A program made the translations under genes and the position numbers. 64,000 nucleotides of DNA from Massalongia carnosa (Eukaryota), in contig OZ287085.1 in NCBI GenBank assembly GCA_965645245.1, forward strand, positions 186,001-250,000, in the 5' to 3' direction. Every line of letters starts with the position of its first letter. Position 1 is the first letter of the stretch. Below are positions 13,509-23,355 of the stretch, one piece after another. Below the pieces are notes generated by a model. That model made no database searches. It was given only the letters and a program-made list of their open reading frames with translations, and was not told the origin of the DNA.

Positions 13509-14522
13509 ATGACGAACACCCGTTCCCAAAGCACCCCGATGGACGACATAGTCCCCGACTCCCAGGAGATTGTCGGATTGACGCAGGCCCAGTCCAATCA
13601 AATCTTCGCCCTACAAAAGAAGAAAGCCGAGGCAGAAGCGAAGGCGGCCGAGGCTGAGGCCAGAATTGCCGAGTCCAAGGCATTGGTCGCCGAGAAGGAG
13701 GTGGAAAAAATGCAGCTAGAAATCGACTGCATGCGCCGAGAATCTGACGCCCGAATAGCGGCCGTCATTCCTGCTGGCAAGCCGAGTCGTGTCGTCGGCG
13801 ATGACGACGAGGACCTAGGTGAGATCCCTCTCGAAGTAAGAAGTATAGCACCCCGTTTCGCGGGCCTACCACAGGACGAGATCATCAAGATCTTTTCAAA
13901 TAAATTCAAAGCCATCAACCTCTCCCGCCTCCGACACATGCACGGCATGCAATACGAGTCCTACAAGGATCAGGACCGCATCGGCATCGAAGACGGCGCC
14001 TTGAGGTTGAGAAAGGCATCCGGGACCTACAAAGATTTCGGAAAGACAGTTCATGACGTCTGGACCGAGAGCTTCATCAACTACACCTCGATCATGGTCA
14101 GTCTTTTCGGGAAATCGAGTCAACAGCTTCACGCCACCATGTCGGCATTCCACGGAAAAATCCTCACGCTGGCCAAGGTGTACGAGTGGCAGGAAGCAGT
14201 CCTCCCCCTCGCCATCGAAACCCACACTCACATCATCGCGTCTCAGCCATCCGACGCATCCCAATGGAAAATGCCCGACGAATTCCAAGCTCGATTCTGC
14301 ACCCCCCTCACAGTCCTACGCCGTCGCCGCTCACGATCCCCGCCGTCCCGGCGACCGACCCCGAGAGGAGACAGGGCCGATAGGGCCGAGAAGGCAGCGG
14401 GGGAAATCTGCGACAAGTACAACAGCGGCACCTGCACCTGGCCGTCGTGCTACCGACAGCACAAATGTAAATCGTGCGGCGCGGCTGGGCATGGCCAGAA
14501 GACATGCCCAACGAAGAAATAG
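13509..14522 (+). CDS. Gag-like protein of YR retroelement (coiled coil, C-terminal Cys/His zinc fingers)
   Basis: First ATG at 13509 in ORF 13467-14522. Ala/Glu/Lys-rich coiled coil. C-terminal CDKYNSGTCTWPSCYRQHKCKSCGAAGHGQKTC. Confidence 0.85.
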   Translation: MTNTRSQSTPMDDIVPDSQEIVGLTQAQSNQIFALQKKKAEAEAKAAEAEARIAESKALVAEKEVEKMQLEIDCMRRESDARIAAVIPAGKPSRVVGDDDEDLGEIPLEVRSIAPRFAGLPQDEIIKIFSNKFKAINLSRLRHMHGMQYESYKDQDRIGIEDGALRLRKASGTYKDFGKTVHDVWTESFINYTSIMVSLFGKSSQQLHATMSAFHGKILTLAKVYEWQEAVLPLAIETHTHIIASQPSDASQWKMPDEFQARFCTPLTVLRRRRSRSPPSRRPTPRGDRADRAEKAAGEICDKYNSGTCTWPSCYRQHKCKSCGAAGHGQKTCPTKK

Positions 14523-14567
14523 GGGGTTGGTGCAGGAGGCAGTAGAATAGCTTCAATAGCTGAATTC

Positions 14568-16271
14568 ATGACGTCCCATCCCTGCTTACCTGCACCAATC
14601 AGACCAAATACAATCCCTTCGTTTCAACTCGTAGACGCATCTCGTCAGCGTTTGAAAGACAGCCCATCTCCCCTCGTACCGTCCGCATGGGCAACTCTAC
14701 TTCAAGAGTATCCGGGCCCCCTCCGAGTCCATCTGCCCATGATCCTTCGTTTCGGAGTACAAATCGGATACGAAGGCCCCACAGACATCCTTCGGATTGA
14801 AAAAAATCTGACATCAGCGAATGAGGACCCGGAAACGATCGAGAATAAGCTCCAAGAGGACCTCAGGAAGGGCCGAGTCAGACGAATAGCCGCCCCGAGT
14901 CAGCCATTTGTGGCCTCCCCCCTCGGCTTGGTCCCGAAACATGACGGAGGATGGCGACGCATTCATCATCTGTCTCATCCCAATCAAACATCAGTCAACG
15001 ACAACATTCCAGAAGAGGCATCCAAATTACAATACGCCAGACTCGACGACATTATTCAATTGATTCTGTCAGCGGGCAAAGGTGCTGTCATAGTGAAAAG
15101 AGACGTCAAAGACGCCTTTCGAAACGTTCCCGTCGCACCTCATCATCAATGGCTTCTGGGTTTCGGATGGAATGACGAATTCTACACCGAGACATGCCTT
15201 TCGTTCGGACTGTCGACGGCCCCGTTCATCTTCAATCTTTTTGCGGAAGGCTTTCATTGGATTTTGGAATCCTTTCTACAATGGAGATTACATCACTATC
15301 TAGACGACTTCGTTGCAATTTTCCCATCCGAGACATCGTCAGAACGATTGCACCAAGAAACAAAAGCCTACAACATTCTCACCGACATTCTTGGCATCCA
15401 GAGAAACGACTCAAAAGACGCCGAGGGAACGACAGCGACAGTCTTCGGACTCGAGGTCGACACCATCAACAGTCTTATTCGTCTGCCAGCGGACAAGCTG
15501 GAAAAAGCGAGAATCATCACTACAAAGGCACTAAACGAGACGACAATCAGCCTCGGCGACATGCAGTCAATAGCGGGCTTCCTAAGCTTCTGCGCACAGG
15601 CAGTCAAATTGGGCCGAGTCTTCTTACGATTATTCTGGAATTTTATAGCCTCATTTCCCTCGGGCAGTCATCGTCGGGTCAAAAGAAGAATTCCCACATG
15701 GGTCAGACAGGATCTCATCTGGTGGAACAAACTTCTAGTGGACTTCAACGGTATTGTCTTCTTCGAGACGTCAACACGAGACACGATCAAGGTGCATACG
15801 GATGCATGCCTCACGGGTCTCGGAGGCTATTTTCAACAAGACAACGAGCTCGTGAATCAAAAAAACGCATGTAGGGCCCGAGTCCTAGTCCTCAATCAGG
15901 AAGGATCACCGAGCATAAACGTCCGAGAAGTCGAAGCTATCCTTCTAATCCTTCAGAAATGGGCGCCGACATGGCGACATCGACAGATCCTTGTCTTTAC
16001 CGACAGCAACACAGCATACACAGGATTCACGAATCTAACCCTCAAGGGACCGGCCAACGCGCCTCTACGAGAAATACTGTCCATAGCTGCAAAGTGGGAC
16101 ATCGTACTACGTTGTCAATGGATCAGTGGCACTTCCAATGGACTAGCAGATGCCCTGTCACGTTTTGATGATGAAAGATTGGCTAACTTTTGCCCTCATT
16201 GGCAGAACCCATACAATTCGATGAACCTCCCTCCACCTACCTATCCTCCACACCAGGGTCAGCCCTGGTAA
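14568..16271 (+). CDS. Reverse transcriptase + RNase H (DIRS/Ngaro type)
   Basis: SPLGLVPK, WRRIHHLS, KRDVKDAFR, LSFGLSTAPFIF, HYLDDF; RNase H TDACLTGLGG, INVRE, FTDSN, NGLADALSR. Confidence 0.95.
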   Translation: MTSHPCLPAPIRPNTIPSFQLVDASRQRLKDSPSPLVPSAWATLLQEYPGPLRVHLPMILRFGVQIGYEGPTDILRIEKNLTSANEDPETIENKLQEDLRKGRVRRIAAPSQPFVASPLGLVPKHDGGWRRIHHLSHPNQTSVNDNIPEEASKLQYARLDDIIQLILSAGKGAVIVKRDVKDAFRNVPVAPHHQWLLGFGWNDEFYTETCLSFGLSTAPFIFNLFAEGFHWILESFLQWRLHHYLDDFVAIFPSETSSERLHQETKAYNILTDILGIQRNDSKDAEGTTATVFGLEVDTINSLIRLPADKLEKARIITTKALNETTISLGDMQSIAGFLSFCAQAVKLGRVFLRLFWNFIASFPSGSHRRVKRRIPTWVRQDLIWWNKLLVDFNGIVFFETSTRDTIKVHTDACLTGLGGYFQQDNELVNQKNACRARVLVLNQEGSPSINVREVEAILLILQKWAPTWRHRQILVFTDSNTAYTGFTNLTLKGPANAPLREILSIAAKWDIVLRCQWISGTSNGLADALSRFDDERLANFCPHWQNPYNSMNLPPPTYPPHQGQPW

Positions 16272-17353
16272 AACGTCTCGTCTGGCACGGACACTCGGCG
16301 GACACGAGAAAAGGGTACGGGACGGCGATCGACTCATACGAGGCATTCTGCGCGACGACGGGACGCACGTCGTGGCCTGCAACAACCGAGTCCCTCGAGG
16401 AATGGCTAGCCGGTCGACTATACGGGGGCGGCACACCCAAGCAGGGAAAGATAAAACCAGAGACGGCAGCGAGCTACCTCGCCGGCCTCAGATCATACCA
16501 TGTAGACCGAGGATACGGCCTCACCCCATTCGAGGGGCCGAGACTTCAATTGATGCTGAAAGGGGGAAAAAGGATCTTTTCTCAGACAAAAAGAAGACGC
16601 CTACCCATTTCAAAAGAATTACTGACAAAAATCACCAGTATTCCCGCTCATTCGGCCGAAGACCTCAACATCGACGCGACATTCAAAGTTGCATGGGCAG
16701 GGTTCCTCAGACTCGGGGAAATCACCTACACTGTCGCTGATCGTAAGAAGACATCTTTTCAGAGATTGAAACCTACACGAGGTGACATCTCATTCGCCGA
16801 GAACGATCAATACGCGACATTACGTCTCAAAAGAAGCAAAACAGACACAAATCACTCAGGAGTTCAGATAGTGCTGGCAGCGACCAATGAGAGCACTTGC
16901 CCCGTGACAGCACTACGGCGTCTTTTCAGAAATGATCCTCAGCCATCTACATCCCCGCTTTTTCGTCTCGGCACCGCATTCACCAGAGCCTCCGTCATAG
17001 CATCCCTGAAAAAGAGACTGATAGCCGTCGGCATCAACGACTCGGCATACTCGGGACACAGCTTCAGAAAAGGAGCAGCACAACACGCCGCCGACCACGG
17101 GATGCTGGATGAGAGTATTCAGAGACTCGGAAGATGGTCATCAAACGCGTTTCAGCTATACTTTCAGACGTCCCAGGCCTCACTATTCAATTTGAACCTC
17201 AGTTTTCAAAAAGGCATCCCTCTAGCAGTCCCACGTGCTGTCGTCGCCGAGACGAATCCTACAAACTCCTACCCCTACTCAATTGGGCATTCCATTGGGC
17301 GTACAGGTCAACCAGGGCATCGATCCGGAGCGCCGCCGGGCACCTCCATCTAG
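16190..17353 (+). CDS. Tyrosine recombinase (phage-integrase family) of YR retroelement
   Basis: Catalytic motifs FLRLGE, LKRSKTD, GHSFRKGAA, LGRWSSNAFQLY. Overlaps the RT ORF in another frame, as in DIRS/Ngaro elements. Confidence 0.93.
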   Translation: MPSLAEPIQFDEPPSTYLSSTPGSALVKRLVWHGHSADTRKGYGTAIDSYEAFCATTGRTSWPATTESLEEWLAGRLYGGGTPKQGKIKPETAASYLAGLRSYHVDRGYGLTPFEGPRLQLMLKGGKRIFSQTKRRRLPISKELLTKITSIPAHSAEDLNIDATFKVAWAGFLRLGEITYTVADRKKTSFQRLKPTRGDISFAENDQYATLRLKRSKTDTNHSGVQIVLAATNESTCPVTALRRLFRNDPQPSTSPLFRLGTAFTRASVIASLKKRLIAVGINDSAYSGHSFRKGAAQHAADHGMLDESIQRLGRWSSNAFQLYFQTSQASLFNLNLSFQKGIPLAVPRAVVAETNPTNSYPYSIGHSIGRTGQPGHRSGAPPGTSI

Positions 17354-17870
17354 ATCATCGCCGTCGGGCACTGCCGTCGGGCATCATCTATCGGATCGTT
17401 GAGCGTCAGCAGACGCCTCGGGCCTAGAAGATGAGGTTCTCACCTCAGCACCGACCCCGAGTCACGTGCCTAGGCCTGCCCGGGCTGACCTGTGTCGTTC
17501 CCATGCCCAATCAAATTCAAGCATTCAAATCAATTCATCCAATTAAAAGCCCCCCCAGCGCAAGCGAAGGTAACGGCACCGATAAGGGTCATAGAACAAC
17601 AGCAAGCGTTCTATCCTCTATCTACTATACTACCTTTTGATAGGTTATGAGCCCGGCCGCAGGGCGCCTCTTTACATGTGTTTGCTTGTCTTACTTTACC
17701 TACCCTAACACAAGCCTCCTTACCGTCGCAAACAATTACCGTCGCGAATAATCTCCTACAAAAAAATCCGACACAAATCGACACATATGAAACAGTCGGC
17801 AGTGTTTGAGATGGCTAAGCACTACTATCGGGCGCCCGGCTTCTCTTTGCCCCTTACTAAACGAACGCTA

Positions 17871-18009
17871 ACATTCCCAACAAAAACTCGGGAATGTGAC
17901 ATCCAGGTGTCTCAGATGATCTACATTTCCAATAAAAAACCGGGAATGTGACATCCAGATGTCTCGGATGATCTACGTTCCCAACAAAAAACCGGGAATG
18001 TGACATCCA
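17871..18009 (+). repeat. ~2.6 copies of a 52-bp tandem repeat in Copia 5' leader
   Basis: ACATTCCCAACAAAAA..CGGGAATGTGACATCCA units start at about 17871, 17923 and 17975. Confidence 0.9.
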
Positions 18010-18612
18010 TTGGGATGAAACCAAATCTCCCTGTAATCGATTTTGCCCTCTATTCATAGTCAGCATCTGCGTATCAGTTATAAGACTGCAGGATTATGGC
18101 TTCGAGCAACAAAAAACGCTCTCGATTTATCAACCACAAAGGCACAACTAAACGCCTCAAATCTATCTTTGCACCTGCATCTGCTTCTGCGTTTAGATCT
18201 ATTATATCAATCACTGCCCCATTCCTACGTGGCACTCTTGCCGAGATCCAATGACTCTCAGAGCCTCAACCAAATAATAGGCCGGCAACAAGGCTTGAAC
18301 GGGATTCACAACATACATTACAGGCGGCTAGTGCGGAAATCGTTGCTTTCTCTTAGAGGATAACTCAGATCAATCAAAATTGGATTGCTTTGTACCATCA
18401 TCCCTGAGCCTCCAGTCACTCCCGGTCAGTCCACATCAAAATCGGACCTAGAACCGCCCAGCGACTGTGATCCTTTCGATCTAAGAGCCAGAACCAAGTC
18501 ACCAAGCACTTATAATAGCACTCCGTCGGAATCCGGTAAAACCAAACACCAGTTCAAGCCAGTCCGTTAACAAGGACAATCCATTAAGCTCTTCCAATAA
18601 ACCCTTTCCATC

Positions 18613-21600
18613 ATGAGTGAAAAAATCTCTGGATCGGGGTCCTATAGCGCTATTGATAGGATCCCTAAGCTAGTGGACCACGAGGGTTATCCAGCATGGA
18701 AGCGAGCCATGCGAGATTGCCTCAAAATGATAGATCTTTGGATCTATTGTGATAACACCGAAGCTGCACCACGCCCAAACGCTCCCAATGATGGCTTCAA
18801 CAAATGGAAAAAGGGCCAAGATAAGGCCTGCACTGCTCTACGATTAGCTTGTGAAGGAAATGCCTACACCGATATAGAAGACCATACTACTGCTTCCGTC
18901 GCCTGGGACCTGCTTGAGTCAAACTATAAGCCTCGCGGTTCGGGATTCCTCAATGACACCTTTAGAAAATTAGACAACCTTATCCTATCGGATTGCAGCA
19001 GCCCTGCAGACTACGTTACCCAATTTCGCGCCACGGTGAATAAGCTTCGCACCTTCTCAAGCAAGCTAAGCCTGGACGAAAACTGGCTTATCTATCGCTT
19101 CCATACCAATTTAGGCTTCGAATACAACAGCTATTTCGAACGATACGCTCAGGATCATGATCCTTTCAATGAAATGGGTGAACCCAAGCACACGTTAAGT
19201 CAGGCTATGCAGCATTTCCAAAACACGGTGACCAACCCAAGCAAGTCCAGCGATAAGGCCGTAATCGCAATGGCAGCTGTTTCAAACGCTCAAACCCAAG
19301 CAGGAGCTCAACCCGGAACAGCCCATTCTCGAATCATCACCAAGACCATCAAGTTCTGCAACCACTGCCGAAAAGACTATCACGTAGAGAGCGAGTGTCG
19401 TGAAAAATATCCACACCTCGTTAACCAAGACTCACAGCGTAAGTCCAATAAGCGTCGTAGGAATTCCAAAAGTCAAGGTCAAAGCCAAAAGCCAACCGGA
19501 AACAATGACTCAACCAAAGGAGCCTTCTGCGCCTACATGGCCACCGCAGATATAACCAAAATATCTAAGCTCTGGATCTGTGACTCTGGAACTAGCCAAC
19601 ATATTACCCACGATCGCTCCATCTTCACCTCATTCAAGACATCCGATTGCCCTCCAATTCAAGGTATTGGAGGAGTATTAATTCCCAAAGGAATAGGTAA
19701 CGTCATGTTGCGGTGTGCCGGTAACGAGGGTCTTCGGGAGTTCCCTCTTTTCGATGTGTTATACGTTCCGGACGGAGGCCTAAATCTCATCTCCCAAGGA
19801 CAATTACAACGAGATGGATGTCCCCTGAAGATTGTACCAGAGGGAATTGAAATCGGGAACTATGGTATTATCGCTCGCCGCCAGGACAACAATCTGTATA
19901 TCCTGAATATGTGGAACGTCTCTGAAGCCGCTCTCGCTCTTGCTGCAATTAATAGCGAGGCGATAAAAATGTGGCACGCTCGTTTAGGCCATCTTGGAAA
20001 TCAAAACATTCTCAAGCTCGCTGGCATGTCAAAAGGAATGGACCTCACCAAGCCCCCGCCCCAAGACGCCTGTCCTCCGTGCGCCATCGCTCAGTCCCAA
20101 GTAGAACCACACCGGGCCCCCATCCAACCAGGCAAGCACCCGCTGGACTTAATTCACAGTGATGTCCAAGGACCTTTCCCAGAAGCCTTGAACGGCGCCA
20201 AATATATGGTGACCTTTCTTTGCGATTTCGATAAACGGTCCCACGTCACCTTACTGCGCGTCAAAAGCGGAGTCCTTCAAGCTTTTAAAAACTACAAGAA
20301 GCAAAATGAATATGGGGACAAACGAATTAAGCGCTTGCGATCGGACTGTGGGGGTGAGTATGACTCCAAGGACTTCGAGAATTTCAGAAACGAGCATGGC
20401 ATTCAGTGGGAACCTACCGTACCGGGAAATCCACCCATGAACGGGACAGCCGAGCGCCTAGGTCAAACGCTTCACAAGTTAGCCAGCACCATGCGAGAAG
20501 GCGCTAAACTAGACATCAAATATTGGGCTGAGATGGTTCTCACTGCCAACTACCTAAGAAATCGACAACCAACTGCGGGACGCTCCATCACCCCCTACGA
20601 GTCTCACACCGGCAGCCCACCAGAACTAGGACATCTAAGGATAATAGGACAGACTGGCTATGCGCAAAATCGCAAGCCCTCCACCGGATGGAAGAAATTT
20701 CAGGAACGAGCCACCAAATGTACTTTAGTAGGATACGAAGGCGATCACATCTATCGAATGATAAATCCACGGGGCGCGGTCATGCGTTATTCCAATGTTC
20801 AGTGGATAGATAACAACCCCCCAACTCCTCCTTCCTTATCATTCTCTCAAACTAAAAGAGCCCTACATGTTGGACAGTCAGGACCGCCCACAAGAAAGCA
20901 AAAAATTACCCATCATACGGACTCCCCTCATACGGACTTAGTCGACGCTCATGAATCCATAGAATCAATTCCCACTGGACCTCTCCCATCAAACGCTGGA
21001 AAAGAGGCATTGGCAAACCAACTGCCCATTGAGCCTTGGTCCCAGGCAGATATTCTCTCTAAGCATCCAAAACTTCGCGCCCCCTCGCCTGACCCGCTTG
21101 CTCTTTTGGCTCTTCTTGCTCGAGCCAATGACCCGGAGCCATACGAGCCTAAAACCTATAAACAGGCCGTAGATAGTCGGGAGGAAAAGGATTGGCGAAG
21201 GGCAATGCAGGAAGAAATTGACTCTATCAACGAAAATGATACCTGGATCCTCACCTCCCTGCCCCCGGACCGCAAAGCCCTGCGAGGCAAATGGGTTTAT
21301 AAAATCAAACGAGGCCCGGCTGGCGAGATTCTTCGTTACAAGGCTCGATGGGTAGTCAGAGGCTTTGAGCAACGTGAAGGCATTGACTACAATGAGACTT
21401 TTGCTTCAGTAGTGAAGCCAATGAGCTATAAAGCCATCTTCGCTATCGCTGCAGCCAATGATTGGGAAATCCACCAAATGGACGTAAAAACAGCCTTCTT
21501 GTACGGAAGGGTGGACGAGGAAATCTACGTGGAGCAACCAACCGGTCTGGATGACGGGTCAACGAGAGTTTGCAAGTTGAAGAAAGCTCTTTATGGCCTG

Positions 21601-22737
21601 AAACAGTCGTCTAGAATCTGGTATGAAACGATCACTACTTTTTTCAAGTCTCATGAATTCGTTCCAGTCAACGCCGACCTTAGCGTTTTCGTTAAAGAAG
21701 GGGTTATCGTAGCCATTTACGTCGATGATTTAATCATCACTGGCTCTTCTTCTTCCGAGATACAACGTGTCAAGAAACTGCTGAGTGACGAGTTCTCGAT
21801 GGTTGATTTAGGCCCTATCAATTACTACCTGGGCATGACGATAACTCGGGATCGGGCTAATAGGATTCTTCGCCTTGGTCAGCAGGCCTATCTGGAAAAA
21901 GTACTACGCGACCATGGCATGTGGGACACTAACCCCGTGGCTACCCCGATGGATGGGCGACTGGAGGCTGCACCAGAGGGCCATCAGGCCACAGATGACT
22001 CTCGCCTCCGCTACCAATCAGCGGTGGGCTCTCTCATGTATGCTATGCTAGGCACTAGGCCTGACTTAGCCTACGCCGTATCGGTGGTCAGCCGCTATGC
22101 CTCGAACCCGACCGATACGCACTGGAAGGCAGTCAAACGCATCTTTCGATACATCAAGGGCACTCTACCGTTGCAGTTAACATACAAAGGTCACTTACAA
22201 CCCTTGAACGGTTACACTGACGCGGATTGGGCCGGAGATCATCATACCCGAAGGTCTACCTCAGGCTTCGTGTTTAATGTGGGTAGTGGCGCTATTAGCT
22301 GGTCTTCCAAACGACAACCGACCGTAGCCCTATCTTCATGCGAAGCCGAGTACATGGGTCAGACTCAAGCCACCAAGGAAGCCGTCTGGCTGTCTAGTCT
22401 TCTCGACCAACTTTCAGCACCTCAAGTCCCTGGGATACACTCTCTCCAAACCCAGAGCACCTCTGTAGCCCTTGCCTGCTTGCCTACATCTTTCGCCCTA
22501 AATGCTATCATCATTCACTGCGACAATCAAGGAGCAATAGCTTTGGCCCAAAATCCCCAGGCACACGCGCGGAGCAAGCATATTGACATCCAATGGCACT
22601 ACCAAAGAGAGAAGATCGAAGACAAATCAGTGGAATTTCGCTATGTTCCTACCGAAGAACAGGTAGCTGACGGCCTAACCAAGGCCCTACCAAAGGACAA
22701 ATTTGTTGTCTTTCGAAAAGCTTTAGGCTTAGAATAA
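18613..22737 (+). CDS. Intact Copia gag-pol polyprotein (1374 aa)
   Basis: Single ORF with CNHCRKDYHVESEC knuckle, WICDSGT protease, WHARLGH, IHSDV/LRSDCGGEY/NGTAER integrase, YVDD RT, YTDADW/HCDNQGA/ADGLTK RNase H. Confidence 0.97.
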   Translation: MSEKISGSGSYSAIDRIPKLVDHEGYPAWKRAMRDCLKMIDLWIYCDNTEAAPRPNAPNDGFNKWKKGQDKACTALRLACEGNAYTDIEDHTTASVAWDLLESNYKPRGSGFLNDTFRKLDNLILSDCSSPADYVTQFRATVNKLRTFSSKLSLDENWLIYRFHTNLGFEYNSYFERYAQDHDPFNEMGEPKHTLSQAMQHFQNTVTNPSKSSDKAVIAMAAVSNAQTQAGAQPGTAHSRIITKTIKFCNHCRKDYHVESECREKYPHLVNQDSQRKSNKRRRNSKSQGQSQKPTGNNDSTKGAFCAYMATADITKISKLWICDSGTSQHITHDRSIFTSFKTSDCPPIQGIGGVLIPKGIGNVMLRCAGNEGLREFPLFDVLYVPDGGLNLISQGQLQRDGCPLKIVPEGIEIGNYGIIARRQDNNLYILNMWNVSEAALALAAINSEAIKMWHARLGHLGNQNILKLAGMSKGMDLTKPPPQDACPPCAIAQSQVEPHRAPIQPGKHPLDLIHSDVQGPFPEALNGAKYMVTFLCDFDKRSHVTLLRVKSGVLQAFKNYKKQNEYGDKRIKRLRSDCGGEYDSKDFENFRNEHGIQWEPTVPGNPPMNGTAERLGQTLHKLASTMREGAKLDIKYWAEMVLTANYLRNRQPTAGRSITPYESHTGSPPELGHLRIIGQTGYAQNRKPSTGWKKFQERATKCTLVGYEGDHIYRMINPRGAVMRYSNVQWIDNNPPTPPSLSFSQTKRALHVGQSGPPTRKQKITHHTDSPHTDLVDAHESIESIPTGPLPSNAGKEALANQLPIEPWSQADILSKHPKLRAPSPDPLALLALLARANDPEPYEPKTYKQAVDSREEKDWRRAMQEEIDSINENDTWILTSLPPDRKALRGKWVYKIKRGPAGEILRYKARWVVRGFEQREGIDYNETFASVVKPMSYKAIFAIAAANDWEIHQMDVKTAFLYGRVDEEIYVEQPTGLDDGSTRVCKLKKALYGLKQSSRIWYETITTFFKSHEFVPVNADLSVFVKEGVIVAIYVDDLIITGSSSSEIQRVKKLLSDEFSMVDLGPINYYLGMTITRDRANRILRLGQQAYLEKVLRDHGMWDTNPVATPMDGRLEAAPEGHQATDDSRLRYQSAVGSLMYAMLGTRPDLAYAVSVVSRYASNPTDTHWKAVKRIFRYIKGTLPLQLTYKGHLQPLNGYTDADWAGDHHTRRSTSGFVFNVGSGAISWSSKRQPTVALSSCEAEYMGQTQATKEAVWLSSLLDQLSAPQVPGIHSLQTQSTSVALACLPTSFALNAIIIHCDNQGAIALAQNPQAHARSKHIDIQWHYQREKIEDKSVEFRYVPTEEQVADGLTKALPKDKFVVFRKALGLE

Positions 22738-23355
22738 ACCAGAAGCCCTTTGTCGTAAAAAATTCGACCTTAACCCAAAAAAAAAAAAAAAAAGTATCAC
22801 CCACAGCTGAGCCTGTGGGGGTGTTTTCGTACATCGCCAGCAGCATTAGCCTGCGGAGTACACTGACTCACCTGCAGGTGATCCACTGGGAAGCATGATA
22901 TTATACTGGAGTATGTGGGAGTTATTGAATTTCTCTTTATCATGTGGGAGTGCTATTTCAGTGCCTGAGTGGGAGTGTTAGAATGTACAAATCAGGTTAC
23001 TTCATTTCAGCCGCACTCACCTTCTACCGCACGAGTATGGCGCACGCTAATGGCTAGACGTATCGCTAGTCTAATACTAGCATACCGTACATTGTCTATA
23101 AATCTAGCTATTCCCACTATATAGAACAACAGCAAGCGTTCTATCCTCTATCTACTATACTACCTTTTGATAGGTTGTGAGTACAGAGTATGAGAACCCC
23201 ACCTCCCTCTACTCGCCGTCAGATGGGAAGTCTCACCAGATAGAAGCTGCGTACACAAAATCTCGAGATTTCCCTCCACGGCAGCTTTCGCAATCGGTGC
23301 GGTGCGGAGTCGATAATCAAGGCAGGCTTGGAGGGAGGAGAAGACGCCGATATTT

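Larger units (their letters stand above)
13263..17590 (+). mobile_element. Tyrosine-recombinase retrotransposon (DIRS/Ngaro-like), apparently intact, inserted in Copia 5' LTR
   Basis: Boundaries come from comparison with the uninterrupted 3' LTR (CACTAT-ATAGA-ACAAC). ATAGA is present at both junctions (13258-13262, 17591-17595). The element has three ORFs: gag-like, RT-RNase H and YR. Confidence 0.93.
13113..23172 (+). mobile_element. Full-length young Ty1/Copia retrotransposon with 197-bp LTRs (5' LTR split by YR element)
   Basis: TSD GGTTG at 13108-13112 and 23173-23177. The 5' LTR is 13113-13262 + 17596-17642 and the 3' LTR is 22976-23172; they are identical by eye. PBS GGTTATGAGCCC at 17643-17654. 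PPT GAGTGGGAG at 22967-22975. Confidence 0.97.

Noticed and set aside
16190..17353. Starship captain (DUF3435) or Crypton interpretation of the tyrosine recombinase
   Set aside because: The YR overlaps an RT-RNase H ORF inside a 4.3-kb unit with defined ends. No captain-like gene is visible in the window.
13421..17640. Many short overlapping or antisense ORFs in the ORF track
   Set aside because: These are shadow frames of GC-rich TE genes with no recognisable motifs.
22777..22793. Poly(A) tract as a LINE/SINE tail
   Set aside because: It is present at the same place in both Copia copies (also near 28457) and has no TSD; it is part of the Copia 3' UTR.
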